Source: Flectonema sp. DT1601
Lineage: Eukaryota
Assembly: GCA_964019425.1 (NCBI GenBank)
Contig: OZ025781.1
Span: 620,001 to 684,000 of the forward strand
Direction of reading: 5' to 3'
Length of the DNA: 64,000 nt
The notes beneath the pieces were generated by a model that saw nothing but the letters and a program-made list of their open reading frames with translations, was not told the origin of the DNA and searched no databases. Below, in pieces: positions 47,681 through 56,875 of the stretch. A program made the translations under genes and the position numbers. How positions within the stretch are numbered: the stretch's first letter is position 1; every line of letters begins with the position of its first letter.

Positions 47681-47825
47681 TCCCCTTTAGTTCTCTAACA
47701 TAGGGTCATTTCAGTATGAGAAGGTACTGACTTATTTAGTTTTTTTTGGTTGAATATTCAAAATTTGAAAAAAAAAAAAAAAAAAAATTATTTTTATTAA
47801 AATAAGGTTTTTATGAGAATAGCAT

Positions 47826-48577
47826 ATGGCTTGCACTATAAATTGGCAGATAAGAGGTAAAGATGAGAAGGCAACGCTTACTGGAGAGTCAGTCGACGGA
47901 ATCCCATTTGCGGAAGTAATGTCACAGTTGCGAACTAATTTATCAACCCCCGAAGGATTTGAAATTTTAATAACAAACAGTGAGACTGGTAACATAATTA
48001 GGGCGGGCTCAATACCGAATGGAGCGACAGTAAGTGTTCAAGGAGTATCTTCAGTGATCTCAAGAAAAGCAGAAGCATACAAATCTCTTGATGACTTGTT
48101 TAAAAGATCGCCAAGGATCACTGTTCCTGATGAGACTGATCTCAATATGATAAACAATGATCAAGTTCAGCAGACTCAATTCCCTGTTCTTGCAGAACTT
48201 AGTAAAGAACACAATGGACTCTATTGTCCTATTAGTAGCGTTTTATTAATCGATGCAATAATTGTTTCTTGTTGTGGTAACACATGCTCTAAGGCAGCCA
48301 TACGAGCAGACCTTCCTTGTCCATTTTGTAAGTCAGATACTCCTGAACTTGTACCCGATGCACGTGTTCGTCGTCTCGCTAAAAAACATCAAGAGGAAGA
48401 ACAGGCAAAGAGGGTTGCTCATGTTGTATGTTTTATTTTTTATGATAATTTACACCTTTTATTTCAGTGCCTTAAAACTATACCCCCCCACAGGCCTCAG
48501 TAATAGAAAACCTTCAAGCTGCTAAACGCAGCGCTGAAGCCGAAGAAGGAGGAGATCTCAAACGACCGGCAACATAA
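47826..48577 (+). CDS. Ubiquitin-like (DWNN-like) + RING/U-box protein, RBBP6/Mpe1-like; exons 47826-48425, 48494-48577
   Basis: N-terminal Ubl-like fold; CPIS..LIDAII.SCCGNTC...CPFC...LVPD; 68-nt GTATG..CACAG intron. Confidence 0.7.
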
Positions 48578-48878
48578 CATCGACAAAGACAGAATGGGAC
48601 GATACCTGTATAGGAAGACTGCAACTGCATCTGCTCTCAGTGTGATTTCTTATGTACGACTGCTCTAATGCGGATCTATCTCGACTCAGAGTCAATATAA
48701 TGTTCCAGTTTAGTACTACTGGTGTGACTGAATGATTTAATGCAATTAATCTATTTCATTAATAATTATTATTTCACAGTTCACAACTTTATGACTGTTC
48801 GTACAAGAGATTTAATAGTAATAATTATGTGTTGAAAAAACAATATTTTTTTTTTTTTTTCGTATTCACTTGAAACCC

Positions 48879-49219
48879 GTTCATTTTTTTATCAGACTTT
48901 CAAGCCTTTCCCCGTTTTCAATAATAAATCTTAATCCCACCCGCCATTCCTCGTAGTGCCGATCCTCCCCAAGGGAAGATCGGCACATTAATGTTCATGA
49001 AGCAGATACTCTAAGGCAGACGTCTACTCGTCGTCAAGGGTAGACCGCCAAGTTGACGACCCTATATGTATATGATTACCGAGTGAATTGTTTTCTATCC
49101 TTCATCATCATCTTTCTTTCATCAGGTGCAAAAATAATGCAATAGTTGATTACCGAGTACAACAAAGTTTTTATATTTATCACTCTAATTTACTAACTCA
49201 GTAGATGTAAATTCATGTA
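48879..49219 (+). repeat. Long direct repeat, left copy (341 bp)
   Basis: Matches 52422-52763 except for two substitutions and one 1-nt indel. Confidence 0.95.
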
Positions 49220-49892
49220 GCGTTGGTGCATCAAAGTAGTTGAGAATTTGAATCGAAACTGCCTCGAAGATTCTGTTTTTAAGTTGTCAAAGTTTCACCC
49301 CAACCTTCGGATTTAATAAAAGAGCTGTTTTATTATTTTTAATATAAGCTAACTCATTTGTTTGAAAAAAATGATTTCCAATTAATGTCTTTGCTGAAAA
49401 AACCCGTCGATGCCACCACCCCGACATTATTTGTTAGGATTATACAGCCCCCTCATGTTTTCTAACTGAATTCTGGATAACACTACCATAATTTATGTAA
49501 AGTGAGTACTCCGCTATTAGTGTTACTACGAACTAGCAATATGGGTAGGCCATCAAATCCTGATGGATAGATTAGGGGGGTGTGTGTCCTGTCGGTTCCG
49601 AATGTGAAATCTATTACAATTAATGAAGACTTGGTTGTGGATTTACTTATTAATTTATTAGAGGATTCAGACATTCTAGTTTTTAGAGAAGAGCAAGACA
49701 GGTCATGTTATTTTATAGGAAATTACAACTACAGAATATGTTGCACTATTCAGGAATCGAAGCTGCTTTTCAGTTTTTCCTTATTACTTTACGATTGTTG
49801 CCGCCGTTTTGGAACACTTCATCAATATTAATAAACCTTTTCGTCTCTCAGTAGATTACTAAAAAAAAGGAAAACAAAAAACAACAACAACA

Positions 49893-51572
49893 ATGCAAGT
49901 TTTTGTGACGTGTCCGGATTTAGGATTCCCTGCGGTGTCAGTCACGGTTGGTGCTGATTCTGTTGTGAGCGACGTGTTGACGGAAGCGGCTGGCGAGTGG
50001 GATGTCGATGCGGAGGAAGTTGTACTGTTGTTCGCTGGTGATGTCCTTTGTGAAAGTGAGCGGCTGGCAGATCATGGAGTGGGTGGAGACAGCGAGTTGG
50101 AAATTCGGAAGAAGCTGATTCGGATCTTCGGTAAAAACTGGTTTGTTGATGATAGAAAAAGGGAGATGCTGCTTCTTTGGATTAGAGATCACAATACGGA
50201 GGATTTATATCTGGACACTCCCACATTCTTGGAGGATGGTTGCCTCACTATTGACAAAAGATTGCTTCCTTCAGATGCCAAACGGATTTCCTTCCGCCAT
50301 TCAAACTCCAACAGCACGGTCATCTCACAAGTTACTTCTATTGAAGATTTCTTTTTATCTGAGTGTTCAGAAATCACTTCTGTTGACCTTTCAGGTCTTA
50401 GTAGTGTCACCAGTATTGGAGATGATTTTTTGTCTTATTGTTCAAAAATCACTTCTGTTGACCTTTCAGGTCTTAGTAGTGTCACCAGTATTGGAAATCA
50501 TTTGTTATTTCGTTGTTCAGAAATCACTTCTCTCGACCTTTCAGGTCTTAGTAGTGTCACCAGTATTGGAGATGATTTTTTGTCTTATTGTTCAAAAATC
50601 ACTTCTGTTGACCTTTCAGGTCTTAGTAGTGTCACCAGTATTGGAAATCATTTTTTGTCTAATTGTTCAAAAATCACTTCTCTTGACCTTTCAGGTCTTA
50701 GTAGTGTCACCAGTATTGAAACTTACTTTTTAAATAATTGTTCACAAATCACTTCTCTTGACCTTTCAGGTCTTAGTAGTGTCACCAGTATTGGAAATCA
50801 TTTTTTATTTCGTTGTTCAGAAATCACTTCTCTCGACCTTTCAGGTCTTAGTAGTGTCACCAGTATTGGAGATTGTTTTTTGTCTAATTGTTCAAAAATC
50901 ACTTCTGTTGACCTTTCAGGTCTTAGTAGTGTCACCAGTATTGGAAATCATTTGTTATTTCGTTGTTCAGAAATCACTTCTCTCGACCTTTCAGGTCTTA
51001 GTAGTGTCACCAGTATTGGATATCATTTTTTGTCTTATTGTTCAAAAATCACTTCTGTTGACCTTTCAGGTCTTAGTAGTGTCACCAGTATTGGATATCA
51101 TTTTTTGTCTTATTGTTCAAAAATCACTTCTCTTGACCTTTCAGGTCTTAGTAGTGTCACCAGTATTGGATATCATTTGTTATTTCGTTGTTCAGAAATC
51201 ACTTCTCTCGACCTTTCAGGTCTTAGTAGTGTCACCAGTATTGGAAAGCATTTTTTGTCTTATTGTTCAAAAATCACTTCTCTTGACCTTTCAGGTCTTA
51301 GTAGTGTCACAAGTATTGGAAATCATTTTTTGTCTGAGTGTTCAGAAATCACTTCTCTCGACCTTTCAGGTCTTAGTAGTGTCACCAGTATTGGAGATTG
51401 TTTTTTGTCTGAGTGTTCAGAAATCACTTCTGTTGACCTTTCAGGTCTTAGTGATGTTGAAAAAATTGGTGTGGCCTTCTTCGATAATTGCAGTGCCCTG
51501 AAATCTGTTCAGCTGCCTGAAAATAATGGAGCTCTCTTTGAACCGTCTGTGAAAGCTGCGATTAATCATTAA
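49893..51572 (+). CDS. Ubiquitin-like N-terminal domain + BspA/TpLRR-like leucine-rich repeat protein
   Basis: MQVFV...VSDV...VVLLFAGDVL..LADHGV (Ubl-like); ~15 x 25-aa units DLSGLSSVTSIGxx(F/L)LxxCSxITS(V/L). Confidence 0.9.
   Translation: MQVFVTCPDLGFPAVSVTVGADSVVSDVLTEAAGEWDVDAEEVVLLFAGDVLCESERLADHGVGGDSELEIRKKLIRIFGKNWFVDDRKREMLLLWIRDHNTEDLYLDTPTFLEDGCLTIDKRLLPSDAKRISFRHSNSNSTVISQVTSIEDFFLSECSEITSVDLSGLSSVTSIGDDFLSYCSKITSVDLSGLSSVTSIGNHLLFRCSEITSLDLSGLSSVTSIGDDFLSYCSKITSVDLSGLSSVTSIGNHFLSNCSKITSLDLSGLSSVTSIETYFLNNCSQITSLDLSGLSSVTSIGNHFLFRCSEITSLDLSGLSSVTSIGDCFLSNCSKITSVDLSGLSSVTSIGNHLLFRCSEITSLDLSGLSSVTSIGYHFLSYCSKITSVDLSGLSSVTSIGYHFLSYCSKITSLDLSGLSSVTSIGYHLLFRCSEITSLDLSGLSSVTSIGKHFLSYCSKITSLDLSGLSSVTSIGNHFLSECSEITSLDLSGLSSVTSIGDCFLSECSEITSVDLSGLSDVEKIGVAFFDNCSALKSVQLPENNGALFEPSVKAAINH
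50331..51453 (+). repeat. 75-bp coding tandem array (14 full units plus partial flanking units)
   Basis: gacctttcaggtcttagt recurs at 50385, 50460 ... 51435 with an exact 75-nt period. Confidence 0.97.
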
Positions 51573-51824
51573 ATGTAAAGTGTTGAATTGATTCTTGGTT
51601 GTCATGTATTTTATATTTTTAATGTTTTGTTGTCAATAAAACGTGGTATCAACTTTTACCAAGTGACGAGACCTCGGAATCTATGATTCTCCTCGCGTCT
51701 CATCACTTCTCTTCCGATGATATTATTCTGCCAAGTTATCTTTTTTTCCCTGAGCGTTTGCTAGTAATACTGTTTGCGATTATACAAAAATCTACGTCTG
51801 TTTTCTGAGTAATCTTTTTTTTTT

Positions 51825-52173
51825 GTTCCGACGAAGTCGGAAAAGAAACTATTCAGATTGAAAGTCGATATTTCTTATGGTCATGATTAATTTTCACCAT
51901 GCGACAGGATTTTGTCCCCCCGAATTGCCAGATTCGACAACGTCTTGTGGTCAGTAAGACGAAAAATAGTTTTTTTTTCATTTTTTTGTTTTCTTTTTTC
52001 TAAACGTAATTTTTCTTTGATTAACAATTACAAATATTTTTCAGTCAAGTACTTGATATTAATTTTGTTTTTAATACCTAAAGTTATTACTGTTTTTACA
52101 TTGTAAAAGTAGCACCCCATGCGACAGGATTTTATCTGTGTTTAACGAAATATAAGGCTGATCTGAATGGTTT
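51825..52173 (+). repeat. Family B copy interrupted by a 203-bp insertion (51914-52116)
   Basis: 5' half 51825-51913 and 3' half 52117-52173; 17-bp duplication ccatgcgacaggatttt at 51897-51913 and 52117-52133. Confidence 0.8.
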
Positions 52174-52421
52174 TTTTGTACTTATTTTGTTTCACACCCC
52201 GTCCTTGGATCTGACAGGTATTTTTCAGTTGAGTACTTTGATATAAATTTAATTTTAATACCAAAATTCCATGTTGGTAACGTGCCGCTAACAATGAATG
52301 AAGAGGGAGAAAAGCTTCTGTTTGGTTGGGTCAACCAACTGAACGTTTCTCCGCCGATATCGGGACGGAAATTATTTACAAGATATTCGTAAAATGTATC
52401 AAGCGAAAGTTATTTTGTAGT

Positions 52422-52763
52422 GTTCATTCTTTTATCAGACTTTCAAGCCTTTCCCCGTTTTCAATAATAAATCTTAATCCCACCCGCCATTCCTCGTAGT
52501 GCCGATCCTCCCCAAGGGAAGATCGGCACATTAATGTTCATGAAGCAGATACTCTAAGGCAGACGTCTACTCGTCGTCAAGGGTAGACCGCCAAGTTGAC
52601 GACCCTATATGTATATGATTACCGAGTGAATTGTTTTCTATCCTTCATCATCATCTTTCTTTCATCAGGTGCAAAAAGAATGCAATAGTTGATTACCGAG
52701 TACAACAAAGTTTTTATATTTATCACTCTAATTTACTACACTCAGTAGATGTAAATTCATGTA
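52422..52763 (+). repeat. Long direct repeat, right copy (342 bp)
   Basis: See 48879-49219. Confidence 0.95.
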
Positions 52764-52854
52764 AAATTCGGTTTGTTGTGTTTTATAATTTTTCTCTCTC
52801 TCCCTTTCAGGTATCTTCTCAGATTTTTAAAAATAATTTTCTGAAAAGAAAAAA

Positions 52855-53994
52855 ATGGGTCCAGCCAAGGTTGATAAGATGCTAATGAAAACGGGTCTCA
52901 TGGATCACCCTGAAGTCCTCGTGGGAGAGATGGTTCCCAGCTGTGACATTGTTACGGTAAGTGAACGAGATGATGCTTGCAGAGTATTAGCAGACGAGGC
53001 TCAGTCATCAATTATTAAAGGTAACGAACCTGTTCTAATTGCTGAAGGAAGTAGTGGAAGCTACTTCATTCCGACAGCAGATGGAAAAGGAACCGTCGCT
53101 GTATTCAAACCAAGATGTGAAGAACCCTACGGACCTGCCAATCCAAAATGGGGAAAATGGTTTCAAAGGATTGTTTGTCCAAGTTGCTGTTTTGGTCGAA
53201 GCTGTCTCGTTCCCAACACTGGATACTTATCCGAGGTAGGAGCGAGTATTGTTGATTCCTTTTTAGGACTTAACATCGTGCCGATAACGACAATGACTTC
53301 TGTATCTTCTCGGTCACTTTGTTATAAATCTTGGGAGAGAGCTTTTGCTGCTTCAAAAAGACAACCACTGCCTTCAAAAGTTGGATCTTTGCAACAATTT
53401 AAAAACGGATACGAACCTGCTACTACTGGTGTATCAAAAATATCATCATTGTCTGTGGAGTTACAAAAAGATTTTCAATTTGAATTTGAAAAATTAACAA
53501 TTCTTGATTACATAACTCGTAATACTGATCGTGGGATGGGTAACTGGTTAATTAAAATCAATGAAGCAACTGAACCAATTAGAAAAGGAAGTATTAAAAT
53601 AGCAGCAATCGACAACGGGTTATCATTTCCGTTTAAGCATCCTGACGAAGTAAGATCATATCCTTTTGGATGGGCATCTTTGAAATATGCTCATGAAAAA
53701 TATTCAAAAGATATAGCAAATAAACTACTACCACTACTAAATGACCCTCAGTGGATTGAGTCTTTATTAGAATCGATAAGAATTCAGTGTGCGAGTGATC
53801 CAAATTACAGGTACTTAACATTCTTAAAACAGGCTGCGTTAATTCGAGGACAAATCTCAAATGTTAGCGCGTCTTTATCGAAAGGAGAAACACCGATACA
53901 ATTAATCAATCGTCCTCTGCATTTTATTTATTGCGGTAGTACTAATAAGAAAATACCTGGAGGAGGTGGAGGGGCATTTTTTACGTGTTGTTAA
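52855..53994 (+). CDS. Phosphatidylinositol 4-kinase type II (PI4K2/Lsb6-like)
   Basis: EGSSGSYF; AVFKPRCEEPYGPANPKWGKW; CCFGRSCLVPNTGYLSE; LDYITRNTDRG; IAAIDNGLSFP. Confidence 0.93.
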   Translation: MGPAKVDKMLMKTGLMDHPEVLVGEMVPSCDIVTVSERDDACRVLADEAQSSIIKGNEPVLIAEGSSGSYFIPTADGKGTVAVFKPRCEEPYGPANPKWGKWFQRIVCPSCCFGRSCLVPNTGYLSEVGASIVDSFLGLNIVPITTMTSVSSRSLCYKSWERAFAASKRQPLPSKVGSLQQFKNGYEPATTGVSKISSLSVELQKDFQFEFEKLTILDYITRNTDRGMGNWLIKINEATEPIRKGSIKIAAIDNGLSFPFKHPDEVRSYPFGWASLKYAHEKYSKDIANKLLPLLNDPQWIESLLESIRIQCASDPNYRYLTFLKQAALIRGQISNVSASLSKGETPIQLINRPLHFIYCGSTNKKIPGGGGGAFFTCC

Positions 53995-54762
53995 CACACG
54001 GTCAAAAAATGACTTGTCCGTTGCGATTCATTTTGTTGTTTTTTAATAATCTTAATGAATTGAGAAGTGCTAATACTACTTAGAATCGTCTGAGTATTTC
54101 AGGTTTCCTCCTCCTCGTTTTGTTACTTTTGTTACTTTTTTTTTTTTTTTTTTTTTTTTTTATTCGATATGCAGCAAGTAGACCCTCATCAGCAGAGGTC
54201 ACCGCTGTGAGTGTTTTTCTATCATTATTTATAGATAGCTCTCTTCCGCCTTGATTATTTTTTGGTTTGGTTTTTTTTTTTTTTTTCTTCTTTTTTTTTT
54301 TCTTCTCCGTCATCCCTGTTTTTTCAGGGAGAGGAGGGGGAGGATTTAATAATCCAATTAAAAATTAAAAAAAAAAAAATAGCTGAAAACAAACAAGAAT
54401 AGAAGAATGAACTCGACAGAAAATAAATATATTTGTAGGCAACCATTTTAATCGATGTAGCCTTGGTTCAGATAGCTATGCGAACCTCATTATGAGGCTG
54501 TCTAGTCGGCGTATGGTACTACAATAGGCTCCTCTACTAGTTTTCGGGAGTGAAAGCCTTAAATATTTGTTTCGTTTAAAACATAAAAAATGAGCTCATC
54601 ACTTGTTGGAAAGAGTGCAGCCTTCACCCCATGGGTGATAGGCTCCTCCTGAAGAGAGTTGTAACAATAAAAAAAAAAAATCGTTTGAATCCGCGTGGCG
54701 AGGAGAATTTCTCCATCCTGCTTTATGTTATGCTACCTGCCTTTTCTTTATATTTGGTGCTA

Positions 54763-54795
<33 letters not shown>

Positions 54796-55000
54796 ACAAT
54801 TCCAGTCGATACCTTTTGAAAAAAATAGTTTCTTATTTTGCTTTGTTGTTTCTCTCCCACCCCTTGCCTTTGTAGGTTTGTGATGCAGCAAACCGTTCTT
54901 TTGGAGGACAACGAGTGCTCCGTTAGTAGTGTGCTACGAACTAGCAAATCAGCTTTCATATTTTTTTTAATAAAAAATCCTTTATATTTTGACAAGTAAT

Positions 55001-55049
55001 TACACTCTGGTTTCGTGAATAGCTTGATTCCGAACTCAGAATTTACGGA
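55001..55049 (+). repeat. Family C, degenerate internally deleted copy
   Basis: tacactct-ggtttc-gtgaatagcttgattccgaactcagaatttacgga retains ordered segments of family C. Confidence 0.5.
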
Positions 55050-56278
55050 GTTTTTATTGTTCTGTCAACTTGTCTTTGGTCAGCTGTCTCATAACTTACT
55101 AGTTGTTTATATAATTATAAGTGTGCTCAAGCGGTTAGCCCCCTTGCCTTTGTGTGTATGATGCAGCAATTTTTTTTTCATCTCTCAGCGAAGAATTTAA
55201 AGGGGGGAAAAAAAAAAAAAAGTAAAAAAAAAAAAAAAAACGAATTAGCTACTACTAGGTAAGTTTATTCGTTTGCCGTTTTTTTTTTTTTTGATCACTT
55301 TGTAAGATATTATTGTTGGACATTATTAAGGTTCTTTTTTTTTTTTTTTTTTGAGAAAACAACTCTCTCTGGTAGTGGATAAAAGGGAAATCTTACTTTT
55401 CTTTTCTAAAAGCGTCAGAATCCTGACCAGTGAAAAGCAAAATCCAGTGATGCAGTCAAGGTAGATATGCCCCCCGAAGCCTTTTTTCAAAACGTAATTT
55501 TTCTTTGATTAACAATTACAAATATTACGTCCACTAAACTGAAACTCGATTACACCAAAGTAATCTCAAACACCTGTGTTAGAAATGCTATTTGACCTGA
55601 TTTGTGTTTTGAAACATCTTTTTTTTTTTATCGAAGATAAAAAGTATATGAGAAAAAATAAATATTGGTCATTCTTGCTAAACCTACTACAAGGCTATTC
55701 AATAGAATCTGTTTTTTTTATAGCTTCCCTGGATTTCCCCCTGTTTTTTTTTTTCCCTCCCCCCCCTGTTTTATAAAAAGGTGTTTTGCGACAATCGACG
55801 TTTTAGAAAAAAAAAATAATAATAAAAAAAAATGAATGAATGAAATGGAAATGAGAATAATTCAAAAATAGAGAAATTTATACGGATTCTTTGTTTTATT
55901 GTTTTATCATCATTGTGGCGTACAAATATAGTTTTTTTTTTTTTTTTTTTTTTACACAATTCAAATAAAATCATCCCTTTTATTTTTTTATTTTGTTTGC
56001 GATATTACTTTGTGATTGTGTTCAACTGGGGACAAGAAAAAAGAAGGGGAAAAAAAAAAAAGAAACTCTTCTTAGTTACGTAACTGGAGGCGGTAGTTTC
56101 TTTTGCATTGCCCAGCAGTATCATGATAGAGAAATTCAATCAGGAACTTCGATTCTCATGAAATAAAAAAAGTTCCCCTTCATCCCCCCCCCTTCTTCGA
56201 CAAAAGAAAATAAAACGCAAAAAAAAAAAAAAAAACTGTTGCTTCATTCATTTTCAATAGAAAGTTGGTAGTCGTTTT

Positions 56279-56312
<34 letters not shown>

Positions 56313-56875
56313 ATTTTTATATACAAACTGTTTTCTTTGTTTTCTTTTCCCCGTTCTCTTTTTTAAAATGAATGAGTACAATAAATGTTGAATGAGTCAT
56401 ACAGGATTTCCTGTGCTGAACTCTATTAAGGTTTTATAAGTTGCGGCCCTTAGTAGGGCCTGCTATTGGCTTTCCCACAATAAAATCTTCTCTTGTCTTC
56501 GTTCTTCATGTATTTATCTTTTTTGTTGCATTTGAGGGTTCCAGATGTCAATAAAAAAAGTGAAGTAGGTCGTTTACTTTTTTATTGTTATTATTATTAT
56601 AATTATTATTATTTTTCTACCAACTTTTCTTTTTAAATGTCAATTTTTACTTTTTCTTTTTCTTTTTTTTTTTTCTTTTTGTTTCGAATCAATATAGCAC
56701 TACTCCATTAGGATATAGTACCACTAGATAAGGAAATGGTGATATCGGTATTTATGATGTTACTTCTTACAGGATAACGGATTCTATTCACATGTGTAGC
56801 GACATTTTAAATTAGTTTTTATTGAAAACATTTTTTTTTTTTTTAAAAAAAAAACAGCATTGTTAGTATGCACAA

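Noticed and set aside
48936..48990. HDV-like ribozyme (tcctcgt resembles L3)
   Set aside because: No upstream P1 partner or P2/P4 arrangement could be built.
50331..51453. CRISPR-like look (constant ~34-nt repeat with ~41-nt intervals)
   Set aside because: Intervals are homologous to each other, the period is exactly 25 codons inside an ORF, there are no cas genes, and the context is eukaryotic.
50143..51501. Long alternative-frame ORFs over the LRR array
   Set aside because: A stop-free 75-bp unit repeated in tandem opens other frames automatically; that frame is broken in the one divergent unit.
48879..52763. Canonical LTR retrotransposon
   Set aside because: No gag/pol, no consistent TG..CA termini, and no PBS or outer TSD seen; kept only as a direct-repeat cassette.
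54590..54665. Hammerhead ribozyme (gaaa ... ctgaaga)
   Set aside because: No stem I or UH cleavage site in the required topology.
54680..54705. tRNA T-arm-like gtttgaatcc
   Set aside because: No D arm, anticodon arm or acceptor stem; preceded by poly-A.
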